Shown piece by piece: positions 9,098-19,615 of a stretch of 64,000 bases of DNA. Source of the DNA: an uncultured Gemmatimonadales bacterium (GTDB lineage Bacteria; Gemmatimonadota; Gemmatimonadetes; Longimicrobiales; RSA9); contig CAWFKH010000004.1 of the NCBI GenBank assembly GCA_963816355.1, forward strand, positions 366,625-430,624, in the 5' to 3' direction. How positions within the stretch are numbered: position 1 is the stretch's first letter; each line of letters begins with the position of its first letter. A program made the position numbers and the translations under genes. The notes beneath the pieces were generated by a model. The model was given only the letters and a program-made list of their open reading frames with translations, ran no database searches and was not told where the DNA came from.

Positions 9098-11299
9098 ATG
9101 CCCGCACCATCGTTGCGCCGCGTCGTCGCGGCCCTCTTCGGTCCCGCCCGGGGCGTGGCCGCTCGTCCCGCCCGGGGCGTGGCCGCTCGACCCGCTCGGC
9201 CCGCGAACCCCGCGAACCTCGCGAACCTCGCCACGCTCGCGAGCCTCGCCGTCGCCGCGCTCGCCGCGCCGCTCGCGCTGCCGGCGGCGGTGGCGGCGCA
9301 GGCGACGCCGGGCGGCGACGTCGCATTCCGGCCGTTGAAGGTGGTGGATCCGGCGTTCGTCGACACGACGGCGGACGCGTGCCACGACTTCGACGCCTTC
9401 GCGAACGGCGGCTGGCTCGCGCACGACACGATTCCGCCGGCGTACTCCTCTTCCGGCGTCGGGCGCGACATGCAGGACCGCAACGAAGCGGTGGTGCGCT
9501 CGGTGCTGGAGGAAGCGGCGCGGCGCGCGCCGACGCTTCCCGAGGGTGAGACGGAGCGTAAGCTCGGCACCTTCTACGGCACGTGCATGGACTCGGCGGC
9601 GGTGGAGCGCGCGGGCGCCGGGCCGGTGCGGCCGCTGCTGGCGGCGATCGACTCCGTCGCCACGCGGGCCGCGCTCGTCTCGACGATCGCGGAGCTGCAG
9701 CGGCGCGGCGTGCGGGTGGGCTTCGGCTACCGCGCCGAGGCCGACGCGCACGACGCGGCGCACTACATCGCGACGATCAACCAGGGCGGCCTGGGGCTGC
9801 CGGACCGCGACTACTACACGAAGACGGACGCGCGCTCGGACTCGCTCCGCGACGCCTACGTCGACCACGTGGCGCGCCTGCTCGCGCTCGCCGGCGAGGA
9901 TGCCGCGGCGGCGCGCGCCGACGCGGGTCGCGTGCTCGCGCTGGAGACGGAGCTCGCGAAGGCGTCGCTCACGCGCGTCGCGCTGCGCGATCCGGCGGCC
10001 ACGGACCACCCGATGACGCCGGAGCGGCTACGCGCGCTCGCGCCGGACGTCGACTGGAACGCCTACTTCGATGCGATCGGCGTCAGCACGCCCGTCGCTC
10101 GCATCAACGTCGCGGAGCCAGCCTTCTTCCGCGCGCTGAACCGTCTCGTGACGACGTCGCCGCTCGCCGACTGGCGCGCCTACCTGCGCTATCACGCGCT
10201 CTCGGCCGCGGCGCCGTGGCTGAGCACCCCGTTCGTGAATGAGGACTTCGCCTTCTCGTCGCGCTTCAGCGGCGCGCGGGCGCTGCTGCCGCGCTGGAAG
10301 CGGTGCCTCTCCGTCACCGACCGGATGATGGGCGAAGCGCTGGGGGAGGCGTACGTGCAGCGGACGTTCACACCGGCGGCCCGGGCGAAGGCGAAGTCGA
10401 TCATCGACGACATCCGCGCGAGCTTCGCGGAGCGGCTGCGTCGCCTGGAGTGGATGTCGGACGCGACGCGCGCGCAGGCGCTCGGCAAGCTCGCGAAGAT
10501 GCACGAGAAGATCGGCTACCCGGACCGGTGGCGCGACTACGCCCGGCTGCGCGTCGAGAAGGGGCCGTTCGCGGCGAACGTGCAGCGCGCGGCCGCGTTC
10601 GAGTGGGACCGCGTCGCCGACCGCCCCGGACAGCCCGTCGACACGACCGAGTGGGGCATGACCGTGCCCACGGTGAACGCCTACTACGATCCGTCGAAGA
10701 ACGAGATGGTCTTCCCCGCCGGCGCGCTGGCGCCGCAGACGTTCGACGCGGCAGCCGACGCCGCCGCCAACTACGGCTCGCTGGGCGGGAGCTGGGCCGG
10801 CCACGAGCTGACGCACGGCTTCGACGACGAGGGCCGCCACTTCGACGCGCACGGCAACCTGCGCGACTGGTGGACGCCCCAGGACTCCGCGCACTTCTCG
10901 CGCGAGGCCGCGCTCGTCGCGCGCCAGTTCGACAGCTACGTCGGCGTCGACACCGTGCACGTGAACGGCCGGCTCACGCTGGGAGAGAACATCGCGGACT
11001 ACGGCGGCCTTCTCACCGCCTACGACGCGCTCGAGCGCGCCCTCGCGCGCGACGGGCGGCCCGGCCTCATCGACGGCTACACGCCGGAGCAGCGCTTCTT
11101 CATCGCGTACGCGCAGAGCTGGCGCAGCCACATCCGGCCGGAGTCGCTGCGCAGCCGACTCGCCGTCGATCCGCACGCGCCGGCGCACTGGAGGGTCGAC
11201 GGGCCGCTCTCCAACATGCCCGCGTTCGCGAAGGCGTTCGGCTGCGAGCCGGGCGACGCGATGGTGCGCCCGGACTCGCTCGTCGCGCACATCTGGTAA
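9098..11299 (+). CDS. M13 family (neprilysin/PepO-like) secreted metallopeptidase
   Basis: CHDFDAFANGGW, VNAYY, HELTHGFD zinc motif, GENIAD. Confidence 0.92.
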   Translation: MPAPSLRRVVAALFGPARGVAARPARGVAARPARPANPANLANLATLASLAVAALAAPLALPAAVAAQATPGGDVAFRPLKVVDPAFVDTTADACHDFDAFANGGWLAHDTIPPAYSSSGVGRDMQDRNEAVVRSVLEEAARRAPTLPEGETERKLGTFYGTCMDSAAVERAGAGPVRPLLAAIDSVATRAALVSTIAELQRRGVRVGFGYRAEADAHDAAHYIATINQGGLGLPDRDYYTKTDARSDSLRDAYVDHVARLLALAGEDAAAARADAGRVLALETELAKASLTRVALRDPAATDHPMTPERLRALAPDVDWNAYFDAIGVSTPVARINVAEPAFFRALNRLVTTSPLADWRAYLRYHALSAAAPWLSTPFVNEDFAFSSRFSGARALLPRWKRCLSVTDRMMGEALGEAYVQRTFTPAARAKAKSIIDDIRASFAERLRRLEWMSDATRAQALGKLAKMHEKIGYPDRWRDYARLRVEKGPFAANVQRAAAFEWDRVADRPGQPVDTTEWGMTVPTVNAYYDPSKNEMVFPAGALAPQTFDAAADAAANYGSLGGSWAGHELTHGFDDEGRHFDAHGNLRDWWTPQDSAHFSREAALVARQFDSYVGVDTVHVNGRLTLGENIADYGGLLTAYDALERALARDGRPGLIDGYTPEQRFFIAYAQSWRSHIRPESLRSRLAVDPHAPAHWRVDGPLSNMPAFAKAFGCEPGDAMVRPDSLVAHIW

Positions 11300-11330
11300 G
11301 GCGAGCGCGGCGCGCGGCCACCGCGCCAGT

Positions 11331-12239
11331 TCAGCGCGAGGGCGCGCCTCCCATCTTCTCCCGCAGCGCGTGGCGGACGAAGGCGGCCGGCGGATTGTGG
11401 GCGCCGGCGAGGTCGTACGCCTTCGCGTAGAGCGCCTGCGCCTCCTCGTTCCGGCCCATGCGGTCGTAGGTCATCGCGAGGAGCCAGTGCATGAAGGGGT
11501 CGCGGTCGTTGCCGCGCAGCGCGAGCGCCTTCGTCAGCTCCGCCTCCGCCCTGGCGACGTCTCCGGTGTAGAGCGCGACGTAGCCCACGAGGTAGGGGAA
11601 GAAGCGCTCCTGCTGCGCCGCCATGGCGGAGTCGCCGTCCAGGATGGCGCGCGCCCGTGCCACCTGCCGCTGCGCCTCGGGCGCGTCGCCGCGGCGCGCG
11701 GCGATGCGGCCGAGCGCGTGCGCGAGGCGGTAGTCCCAGAGGCTCTGCGCGTGCGTGCGCGGCTCCGGCTCCTTCAGACCCAGCTCGTGGCCCTTGCGGT
11801 ACCACGCCTCGCCGGCGTCGAGGTCGCCCGCGTCGACGCACACGCGCGCGCCCTCGTCGGCCATCTCCCCCTCCTGATAGAACGCGTTCTGCGGCTCCGC
11901 CGCCTCGCGCGTCTTCCAGTAGTCGATCACCATCTGCTCGTACTTCAACGTGCCGGCGCAGTCGCCGTCGAACGCGTACGACATCGCCATCGCGCGCCGC
12001 GCCGCCGCTTTCGCCGCCGGATCGGACGCGGAGTCGATCACCGTCCGGATCAGCGCGCGCGCGGCGGAGGTCGAGCCCTCGAGGTCGAGCCGCGCGGCGC
12101 GCCGCAGCGGGGTGTCGGCGTCGTCGCCGGGGCGCTGCGCGCGGGCGGCGGCCGGCGCGAGCGCCGTCCCGGCGAAGGCGCCCGCCAGCGCGGCGATCGT
12201 GAAGAGGCGCGTCGGATGGAGCGGAGCGGTTCTGGCCAT
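11331..12239 (-). CDS. Secreted TPR-like helical protein
   Basis: Signal peptide (…AAARAQ); helical repeats such as [23 protein letters not shown]. Confidence 0.7.
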   Translation of the reverse strand: MARTAPLHPTRLFTIAALAGAFAGTALAPAAARAQRPGDDADTPLRRAARLDLEGSTSAARALIRTVIDSASDPAAKAAARRAMAMSYAFDGDCAGTLKYEQMVIDYWKTREAAEPQNAFYQEGEMADEGARVCVDAGDLDAGEAWYRKGHELGLKEPEPRTHAQSLWDYRLAHALGRIAARRGDAPEAQRQVARARAILDGDSAMAAQQERFFPYLVGYVALYTGDVARAEAELTKALALRGNDRDPFMHWLLAMTYDRMGRNEEAQALYAKAYDLAGAHNPPAAFVRHALREKMGGAPSR

Positions 12240-12434
12240 CGGGTCCCCCGTTTCGGATCCGCGGATGGGTGCCGGCGTCGCCGGCGGGCGGCCGACGACG
12301 TGCGCTGCGCGACGACGATGCACGATCGGTCCCCGGCTGGCCCCCGGTCAAGCCTGGAGCGCAGAGCGAAAGCATTTCACGCAGAGGGCGCCGGGGACGC
12401 AGAGGCCCGATCGGCGCGGGGAGGATCCTCCCGG

Positions 12435-12463
12435 TTTACGCGGGTGCGCCCCCGCGCTATCAT
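12435..12463 (+). promoter_or_regulatory. Sigma70-type promoter of msrB (probably leaderless)
   Basis: TTTACG-N17-TATCAT, ending 6 nt before the ATG at 12470; no SD sequence. Confidence 0.6.
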
Positions 12464-12469
12464 CCGGCC

Positions 12470-12886
12470 ATGGCAAAGGTTACGAAGTCCGACGAGGAGT
12501 GGCGTCGCGAGCTGACGCCGGAGCAGTACCGTGTCCTCCGCCAGAAGGGGACGGAGGCGCCGTTCACGGGGGAATACGACCCCGTGTTCGAGCCGGGGAC
12601 GTACCGCTGCGCGGGGTGCGGCGCGGAGCTGTTCGCGTCCGACGCGAAGTACGATTCCGGCTGCGGCTGGCCGGCCTTCTCCGAGCCCGCATCCGGCGAA
12701 GCGATCGACGAGCGGAAGGACCTCGGCCACGGAATGGTGCGCACGGAGGTCCTCTGCTCGCGCTGCGGCGGCCATCTCGGCCACGTCTTCCCCGACGGCC
12801 CGCGCCCGGCAGGGCTGCGCTACTGCATCAACTCCGCCGCGCTGCGGCTGGAGCGGCAGGCGGACGGATCGTCGCCGGACGAATAG
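12470..12886 (+). CDS. msrB: Peptide-methionine (R)-S-oxide reductase
   Basis: GTEAPFTG, two CxxC zinc pairs, [24 protein letters not shown]. Confidence 0.95.
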   Translation: MAKVTKSDEEWRRELTPEQYRVLRQKGTEAPFTGEYDPVFEPGTYRCAGCGAELFASDAKYDSGCGWPAFSEPASGEAIDERKDLGHGMVRTEVLCSRCGGHLGHVFPDGPRPAGLRYCINSAALRLERQADGSSPDE

Positions 12887-12953
12887 GGCTCAGGGCCCGC
12901 CGAGGCGAGCGGCTGACGCGGACGCGACGCGGCTGACGCGGACGCGACGCGGC

Positions 12954-13667
12954 TTACTTCGAGGACGCCGTCTCCGCGCTCCACTCCACCGGCCGCTCCC
13001 GCCACAGCGCCGGGAACTCCCGCTTCAACGCCTCCACCTTGGGGATGTCGTTGATGACGATGTAGGGCTGGTGGGGGTGGTGGATCAGGTAGTCCTGGTG
13101 GTAGCGCTCGGCCGCGAAGAAGCCGTGCAGCGGATTCACCTCGGTCACGATCGGGCGGGAGAAGGTGCCCGCCTTCGTGAGCTGCCGGATGTACGCCTTC
13201 GCGGCGCGCGCCTGCGCGTCCGTCGTGTACCAGATCGCCGAGCGGTACTGCGTGCCGTGGTCCGGACCCTGGCGGTTGAGCTGCGTCGGGTCGTGCACGA
13301 CGGAGAAGAACACCTGCAGCAGATCCGCGAAGGAGACCTGCGCGGGATCGTACACGACGCGCACCGACTCCGCGTGGCCGGTCTCGCCGGTGCTCACCTC
13401 CGGGTACGTCGCCGTGGCGCCGCCGCCGCCCGCGTAACCGGCCGTCGCGCCGAGCACGCCCTCCACGTGCTCGAAGACCGCCTGCACGCCCCAGAAGCAG
13501 CCGCCCGAGAAGACGACCGTCTCCTGACCCCCGGACGACGTCGCATCCGCCAGCGGCGCCGGCGCAGCGGCCGCCCGGCCTGCCGCGCCGCTCGCGCCGC
13601 CGAGGAACAGCGCCGCCGCCACCGCGCCCGCGAGCGCGCCGTCCACAGCCAATCGCTTCGTCGTCAT
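12954..13667 (-). CDS. msrA: Peptide-methionine (S)-S-oxide reductase, exported, single Cys
   Basis: GGCFWG, GHAESV, NRQGPD.GTQYRS, AERYHQDY; N-terminal signal-like segment. Confidence 0.93.
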   Translation of the reverse strand: MTTKRLAVDGALAGAVAAALFLGGASGAAGRAAAAPAPLADATSSGGQETVVFSGGCFWGVQAVFEHVEGVLGATAGYAGGGGATATYPEVSTGETGHAESVRVVYDPAQVSFADLLQVFFSVVHDPTQLNRQGPDHGTQYRSAIWYTTDAQARAAKAYIRQLTKAGTFSRPIVTEVNPLHGFFAAERYHQDYLIHHPHQPYIVINDIPKVEALKREFPALWRERPVEWSAETASSK

Positions 13668-13797
13668 CCGTACCGCCTCCGCTGGGGATTCCCACGGTTG
13701 GTACGGCGCCCCCTCCGCGCGTGTTCCGCCGCGCGCCCGGGGCGCGTGTTCGCCTCGCGCTCTCGCGGCCGCCGCGCGCCTACGCCCCGGCGGCCGC

Positions 13798-14358
13798 CTA
13801 CGCCCCGGTGGCCGCGGGCAGCCGCGTCCACGCGTCGACGGCGATGCGCCAGACGCCGTCGTCGCCCCGCACCCACACGATCACGTACTTGCCGCGGAAC
13901 GGATCGAGCGGCACCCCGCCACGGGCGGCCTGCCCCTCGTAATAGCCCCAGTCGTACGCCTGGTCGCCCGATACGCGGATCTCGACCGGCGTGGACACGT
14001 GCCGCAGGACGGTTCGACCCGCCGGCAGCACCCAGAGCGAGTCCAACGCGGGCCGGCCGCGAACGAAGTCGCGCTCGCCCGGCGCCGCGACCGCGCCGGG
14101 AGCGTAGATCGCCAGCAGCGCCGCCGTGTCGCCCCGCACGTATGCGTCCGAGAATCGCCGCGACTGGCGCCGGATCGCGGCCTCCGCCGACGACGCGTCC
14201 GCCGTGTCGGGCGCGGCGCCGGCCGCGGCCGACGAGGCGCCGGGAGCGTCGCCGCGCGCGCACCCGGCGGCGGCGGCCAGCACGATCGGCAGGAGGAGGC
14301 GGTGCGCCGTCCGGGGCGTCGCGCGGCGGCGCGGGCGTGAGGGTGAAGACGGTCCCAT
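13798..14358 (-). CDS. NTF2-like (DUF4440/YybH) lipoprotein
   Basis: LAAAAGC lipobox; AYDWGYY and GKYVIVWVR…WRI NTF2-fold motifs. Start position uncertain. Confidence 0.75.
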   Translation of the reverse strand: MGPSSPSRPRRRATPRTAHRLLLPIVLAAAAGCARGDAPGASSAAAGAAPDTADASSAEAAIRRQSRRFSDAYVRGDTAALLAIYAPGAVAAPGERDFVRGRPALDSLWVLPAGRTVLRHVSTPVEIRVSGDQAYDWGYYEGQAARGGVPLDPFRGKYVIVWVRGDDGVWRIAVDAWTRLPAATGA

Positions 14359-14461
14359 GCGGAAACCTCGCGGGCTCGATCGGGAGTGAAGGCGCGCGAC
14401 GGACGCGCCGACGAAAGGGTCGCACGGTAACCGGCCGCGCGCCCCCGCGCCATGCGCGCCC

Positions 14462-14824
14462 CTACTCCGACCGCAGCGCCTCGGTGGCCTCCACCGCGAG
14501 CGCGCGTCGAGCCGGGATCCACCCGGCGACGATCGCGACCGCCACGAGCGTCGCCGCCACGCCGCCGAAGACGAGCGGATCGTAGGCGGCCGTCTGGAAG
14601 AGAAACGGACGGAGCCAGTGCACGCCGAGCGCCGCGGCGGCGACCCCGATCGCGACGCCGGCCAGGGCCAGCACCGCGCCGCCCCGGATCACCATCCGCC
14701 GGATCTGGACGTCCGTGGCGCCGATCGCCCTGCGGATCCCGATCTCGCGCCGCCGCCAGGCGACCATGTACGCCATCAGCCCGAAAACGGGGTCTTGCCA
14801 CCCCGGCCGCGGCCCCAGCCTCAT
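14462..14824 (-). pseudogene. Internally deleted ADOP/MacB-FtsX type ABC permease (only the extreme N-terminus and the last FtsX domain remain)
   Basis: ATGA-coupled to padR. After 12 residues it jumps to VFGLMAYMV…RRREIGIRRAIGA…PARRA…EALRSE. 120 aa. Confidence 0.7.
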
Positions 14825-15168
14825 CCGCGGCCCGCCTCGGGCGCCTGCGTCAGCAGATCCGTCATCAGCTCGCCGTAGCGCAGCCACCAGCTCGTCTGCT
14901 CCGCCAGTCGCGCCCGCCCCTCCGCCGTGATCCGGTAGTAGCGCGCCCGCCGATTCTCCGCCGTCATCCCCCACTCCGCCTCCACCCAGCCTCGCTTCTC
15001 CATCCGGTACAGCGCCTGGTACAGCGCCGCATCCTCCAGCGCCAGACGACGTCCCGAGCGCTCCTCCAGCCACCGCGTGACCTCGAACCCGTGCATCGCC
15101 TGCCACGTCAGCGCCTTCAGCACCAGCACGTCCAACGTCCCCTTCACCACCGACAGCGGCTCCTCCAT
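14821..15168 (-). CDS. PadR family transcriptional regulator (Acidobacterial-type)
   Basis: KGTLDVLVLKAL…MHGFEV…LYQALYRME…WGMTAENRRARYY. Confidence 0.9.
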   Translation of the reverse strand: MEEPLSVVKGTLDVLVLKALTWQAMHGFEVTRWLEERSGRRLALEDAALYQALYRMEKRGWVEAEWGMTAENRRARYYRITAEGRARLAEQTSWWLRYGELMTDLLTQAPEAGRG

Positions 15169-15188
15169 GGCCTCGCTCCTCGTCATTC

Positions 15189-15205
15189 ATCTAAGACTCT
15201 TGGAT
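15189..15205. promoter_or_regulatory. Candidate PadR operator ATCTAAGA-C-TCTTGGAT
   Basis: AT-rich palindrome (1 mismatch) 20 nt upstream of padR. Confidence 0.55.
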
Positions 15206-15485
15206 AAGGCGAACGGTTGGAATCCGCCAGGGGGACGAGCGGAAGAGAGGCGCCGGCATGGCGCCGGCGGGGGGCGAGCGGCAAGTCTGGGCGCCGGCTC
15301 GAGCGGTCGGGGCGCCCTTGCCCGGGGCATCGAGGGACGCGCATCTTTCGGTGTCGACATCTCCCCCCCGTGGTCGCGTCCCGAGCGACGCCTCGCCGGA
15401 GCGGTTGCATGGCTTCACCCCCGAGGTGGCCGAGCCCTCCTGTCCGGCTTCCGGACCGGCCGGCCGCGCCATCGGCGGGACCGGG

Positions 15486-17261
15486 ATGAGAGGGCCGTCG
15501 TCCGCGCTCGATCGATTCCTGCACGAGGTCTATCGACGTCGCCTGCTGTCGGCCGCCGGCACCTACACGATCGTCTGCTGGTTCCTCGTCCAGGTCGCGG
15601 CGACGGCGGTGCCGCTCTTCGGGCTGCCGGAGTGGACGGTGCGCGCGGGGCTCGCGCTCACCGTGCTCGGTCTGCCGATCGTGCTGGGCGCGGCGTGGCT
15701 GGTCAACGCGCACGCGCCTGCGGCGGGAGGGGACGGACCGCTCGCGGCAGGGGGGAGCGAGGAAGGGGGCGGGGCGGCGCCGCGGGTGAGCCGCGGCTTC
15801 TTCACGGTGCTGGTCGCGCTGGTCCTGCTCGGCGCCATCGCGTGGATCTATCGCGTGAAGGTTCCGCTGTCGGGTGGCGGGGGCGCGCAGGACGCGCCGG
15901 CGTCGCCGCGCACGGTCGCGGTGCTCCCGTTCGCGACGCTGAGCGAGAGCCGCGACGACGCCTACTTCAGCGACGGCGTGACCGAGGAGATCATGAACGC
16001 GGTCGCGCAGATTCCGGGCGTGAGCGTCGTTGCACGGAGCGCGTCCTTCGCGTTCCGCGAGCGGCCGGACCTGGACGAGATCCGGGCGCAGACGGGGGCG
16101 GGGAGCGCGCTCGAGGGCAGCGTGCGGCGCGCCGGCGACCGCGTCCGCGTGGACGTCGCGCTGGTGGACACGCGCACGCACCGGCGGGTGTGGGCCGCGG
16201 ACTACGATCGACGGCTGCGGGACATCTTCGCGCTCGAGGATGAGATCGCGCGTGCGGTCGCGAGCGCGCTCGCGGTGGAGCTGACGACGCCGGCGGCGCG
16301 CTCGATCGGGACGCAGAACGTGCCGGCGCACGACCTCTACCTGCTCGGCCTCTACCACTGGAACCGGCGTACCGGGCCGGAGATCCGGCAGGCCGTCGAC
16401 TATTTCGAGCGGGCGGTCGAGGCCGATTCGTCCTTCGCGCTCGCCTACGCCGGTCTCGCCGCCGCGAACGTGCTGCTGCCGCTGTACGCGGACGTGCCGG
16501 GCGACGACGCCTATCCGCGCGCCCGCGACGCCGCCGAAAGGGCGCTCGCGCTGGACGACCGGCTCGCCGAGGCGCACACGGCGCTCGCCAACGTGCTCAT
16601 GATCTACCGCTGGGACTGGGAAGCCGCGGACGCGGAGTTCCGCCGCGCCATCGCGCTCGACTCGACCTACGCCACGGCGCACGAGTGGCGGGGTCTGTTG
16701 CTGGACGGGATCGGACGCCACGAGGAGGCGGCGGCGGAGTTCCGGCGCGCGCGCGCCGCCGACCCGGCGTCGCTGATCATCGTGGTCGCGGGCGGTCTGC
16801 ACGAGGCGATCGTCGCCCGCCAGGACTCGGCTGCGGCGGCCTACCGGCGGGCGCTCGATCGGCAGCCGGATTTCCCCGTCGCGCTCTCGCTTCTCGCGGA
16901 ATCCGAAGCGATCACGGGCAACGTGGACGCCGCGCGCGCCGCGCTCGAGCGGTGGGCCGCGCTGCGGCGCGTGGATCCGGCGGTGGCGGTGGCGCTGGCG
17001 GCCGGGATCGGCGACCCGGCCGCGCTGGCGGCGGGGCGGAAGGCGCTCGCGAGCGCCGCGCTGCGCAGCCGCATGAAGCCGTTCGACATCGCGGTATGGG
17101 CGTCGCTGCTGGGCGACACGGCGGGCGCGCTGTCCGCGCTCGAGCGCGGCGCCGTCGAACACGACTACCTCTCCTTCAGCGCCGCCGTGCACCCCGCGTT
17201 CCAGGCGCTGCGCGGCTCGCCCCGCTACCGGGCGCTGCTCGCCCGCATGCACCTGCACTGA
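15486..17261 (+). CDS. Membrane-anchored TolB-like domain / TPR protein
   Basis: Three N-terminal TM segments; VAVLPF…AYFSDGVTEEIMNAVAQIPGVSVVARSASF; TPR repeats. Confidence 0.8.
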   Translation: MRGPSSALDRFLHEVYRRRLLSAAGTYTIVCWFLVQVAATAVPLFGLPEWTVRAGLALTVLGLPIVLGAAWLVNAHAPAAGGDGPLAAGGSEEGGGAAPRVSRGFFTVLVALVLLGAIAWIYRVKVPLSGGGGAQDAPASPRTVAVLPFATLSESRDDAYFSDGVTEEIMNAVAQIPGVSVVARSASFAFRERPDLDEIRAQTGAGSALEGSVRRAGDRVRVDVALVDTRTHRRVWAADYDRRLRDIFALEDEIARAVASALAVELTTPAARSIGTQNVPAHDLYLLGLYHWNRRTGPEIRQAVDYFERAVEADSSFALAYAGLAAANVLLPLYADVPGDDAYPRARDAAERALALDDRLAEAHTALANVLMIYRWDWEAADAEFRRAIALDSTYATAHEWRGLLLDGIGRHEEAAAEFRRARAADPASLIIVVAGGLHEAIVARQDSAAAAYRRALDRQPDFPVALSLLAESEAITGNVDAARAALERWAALRRVDPAVAVALAAGIGDPAALAAGRKALASAALRSRMKPFDIAVWASLLGDTAGALSALERGAVEHDYLSFSAAVHPAFQALRGSPRYRALLARMHLH

Positions 17262-17306
17262 TCCGGAGCGGCGTTCTCGCGACGGCGGCTGCCCCGGGCG
17301 CGGGCG

Positions 17307-18980
17307 CTACGGATCCACGTGGAGGACGGTCATCATGCCGGATCCGAGGTGCTCGGCGATGTGGCAGTGCAGCATCCAGGCGCCGGGGTTGGACGCGTCG
17401 ATCAGCAGGTCGACGGTCGAGCCGACCGGGATGATCGCGGTGTCCTTCCACACCAGGTTGGCCGTGGGCACGCCGTCGCGCGAGATGACGAGCATGCGCT
17501 GGCCGTGCAGGTGGATGGGGTGCTGCATCGGGTGGAAGGAGTGCGGGTCGTTGTAGAGCTGCAGCTTGACGACCGAGCCTCGCTTGACGTGCCAGTCGAT
17601 GTCCATGTTCTCGGCGCCGGTCTCGTCGCGCAGGATCCAGCGCACCTGTTTGCTCGTCGACAGCCAGTTCATCAGCGGCATGCCGTCGACCCACTCCACC
17701 GGCGCGTAGTAGGCGGTGTCGACGCTCATGAACTGCACCGACGCCAGCGGCAGTCCGCTCGTCGCGACGGTGAGCGTGATCCGCTTGTCCGGCGGCCGCT
17801 CGAAGTACTTCCGGTAGCGGTCGATCTCGCGGCGGACGGCGTCGTTCGCGCGCAACGCCCGGAACTGGCGTGCGTAGTCCGGCGACGCCGCGGTGTCCGC
17901 CACCGTGACGACGCCGAGCGTGTCGACGCGCGCCTCGAACTCGCCGCGGTAGTGGTCGACCGCCTGCACCGCGTTGACGAGGGGAACCGTGCCGGCGCGG
18001 TCGAAGCGGACCTCGACGACGTAGCGCTCCGCCGGCGCGAGCACGACGCTGCCGACGCGCTCCTCGCGCTCGAAGCGGCTGACGTCGGAGGCGACGACCT
18101 TCATCGGCGCACCGCCGAAGGCGACGTTGTAGGTGCGGGAGCTGGACACGTTGGTCAGGTAGAAGCGCACCACTTCGCCCTTCTTCACCCGCATGGACCA
18201 GTCCGGCTCGCCGTTGACGAGCAGCACGTTGCCGACGCGGCCCATCAGCGCGAAGTCGGGGCCCTCCTTGCCGAACGGGATCAGCGTGTCGCCGTTCATC
18301 AGCAGGTCGCTCAGCACCAGCGCCTGCTCGCGGTTGGCCGGCGAGTAGTAGTCCGGGTCGGGCGCGTCGACCAGCATGTTGCCGGCCAGCCCCATCGCCT
18401 GCTCGATGTCCTCACGCACGTGCGGGTGGTACCAGTAGATGCCGGCGTCCGGAAAGTGGACGCGGTAGACGTAGTCGCCGCCCGGCGGGACCGGGTCCTG
18501 CGTCAGGCCAGGCACGCCGTCGCTGCGGTTGTCCAGCCGCACGCCGTGCCAGTGCACCGTGCTCGGCAGGTCGATCCGGTTGTGGAAGCGGACGACGATC
18601 GTCGCGTTCTGCGGTACCCGGATCATCGGCCCCGGCACCTGGCCGTTGAAGCCGTACATCGCGAACGCGTGACCGCGGATCGTGCGCCGCACCAGCGTCG
18701 CCGAGAGGTCGAGCGTGTCGCCGTCGGCGAGCGCGACGATCCGCGACGGCCGCGCCGCCGGCAGCGTCGCCGGATCGACGCCGCCGCCCGGCAGGAACGG
18801 CGTGATCGGCGGGTCGATCCCCATCAGGCCGGGGAGCATCGGCATGTTCGCGGGCATCGGGATCGGCATCGGCCGCCCGTGCTTCATGCCCGGCATCCCC
18901 TGCCCCGCCGCGCCGCCCGCGAGCGCGGAGACGGCCAGCAGCGCGCGCAGGAGCGCGGCCGGGACCCGCCCGCTGGACAT
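17307..18980 (-). CDS. Multicopper oxidase, three-domain, exported, Met-rich N-terminus
   Basis: Complete copper motifs: HWHG, WYHPH, HPIHLHG, HCHIAEHLGSGMM. TGATG-coupled to the upstream gene. Confidence 0.92.
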   Translation of the reverse strand: MSSGRVPAALLRALLAVSALAGGAAGQGMPGMKHGRPMPIPMPANMPMLPGLMGIDPPITPFLPGGGVDPATLPAARPSRIVALADGDTLDLSATLVRRTIRGHAFAMYGFNGQVPGPMIRVPQNATIVVRFHNRIDLPSTVHWHGVRLDNRSDGVPGLTQDPVPPGGDYVYRVHFPDAGIYWYHPHVREDIEQAMGLAGNMLVDAPDPDYYSPANREQALVLSDLLMNGDTLIPFGKEGPDFALMGRVGNVLLVNGEPDWSMRVKKGEVVRFYLTNVSSSRTYNVAFGGAPMKVVASDVSRFEREERVGSVVLAPAERYVVEVRFDRAGTVPLVNAVQAVDHYRGEFEARVDTLGVVTVADTAASPDYARQFRALRANDAVRREIDRYRKYFERPPDKRITLTVATSGLPLASVQFMSVDTAYYAPVEWVDGMPLMNWLSTSKQVRWILRDETGAENMDIDWHVKRGSVVKLQLYNDPHSFHPMQHPIHLHGQRMLVISRDGVPTANLVWKDTAIIPVGSTVDLLIDASNPGAWMLHCHIAEHLGSGMMTVLHVDP

Positions 18981-19615
18981 CACCATACGCCGCGGAACAT
19001 CGGATGGGAGAGGAACGACTGGAGCCACGTGCTCGGCGAGGCGCCGTGCAGGACGGTGGGGCCGGCGTGCGCCGCGGGGGTGGCCGTCGCCTCCGCCGTG
19101 ATCACCAGCAGGAACTTGTTGAAGTCGACCGGGCCCACGGTGGTGGTGTCGTTCCCCACCTCCCCCAGCCGCGACCACGTGCTCAGGTCCGGCGTCACCG
19201 CCCACGCCACGTAGGCGGCGTACGCCCCCAGCGCCGACGGCGCCGGCAGGCCCGCCGCCGTCACGCGGACGTCATAGCGCGCGCGCCCCTCGGGCGTCAC
19301 GGCGACGCCGAAGGGCGACGCCGCGTAGACGAGCCGGCCGGCGCCCGTCGCGTGCGGCGCCGCGGGCGCCGCGAAGAGCGGGATGTCGTAGGGCCCGATG
19401 CGCCCCGCCACGGTCTGCGCGGCGGCGGGAGGGGCGGGCGCGGCCTGGGCGCGCGCCGGCGCGGCCCCCCAGGCGAAGGCCAGCGCGGCGAGCGCGGCGG
19501 CCGGCGCGCCGCTCCGCGCGAGGCGGGCAGGTAGCCGGCGGCCGCGGCGGCCGGCGCCGCCGGCGCGGCGCGCCCGCGGACGCCGGAACGTGGCGGCGTC
19601 GACCTCGCCGTTCAT
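18980..19615 (-). CDS. Exported hypothetical protein, co-transcribed with the multicopper oxidase
   Basis: ATGA and TGATG overlaps on both sides; signal peptide (…APARAQ); beta-rich domain YVAWAVTPDL…NKFLLVITAE. Confidence 0.7.
   Translation of the reverse strand: MNGEVDAATFRRPRARRAGGAGRRGRRLPARLARSGAPAAALAALAFAWGAAPARAQAAPAPPAAAQTVAGRIGPYDIPLFAAPAAPHATGAGRLVYAASPFGVAVTPEGRARYDVRVTAAGLPAPSALGAYAAYVAWAVTPDLSTWSRLGEVGNDTTTVGPVDFNKFLLVITAEATATPAAHAGPTVLHGASPSTWLQSFLSHPMFRGVW

Noticed and set aside
12470..13667. Selenocysteine-containing Msr enzymes
   Set aside because: The catalytic positions are ordinary Cys codons and there is no in-frame TGA.
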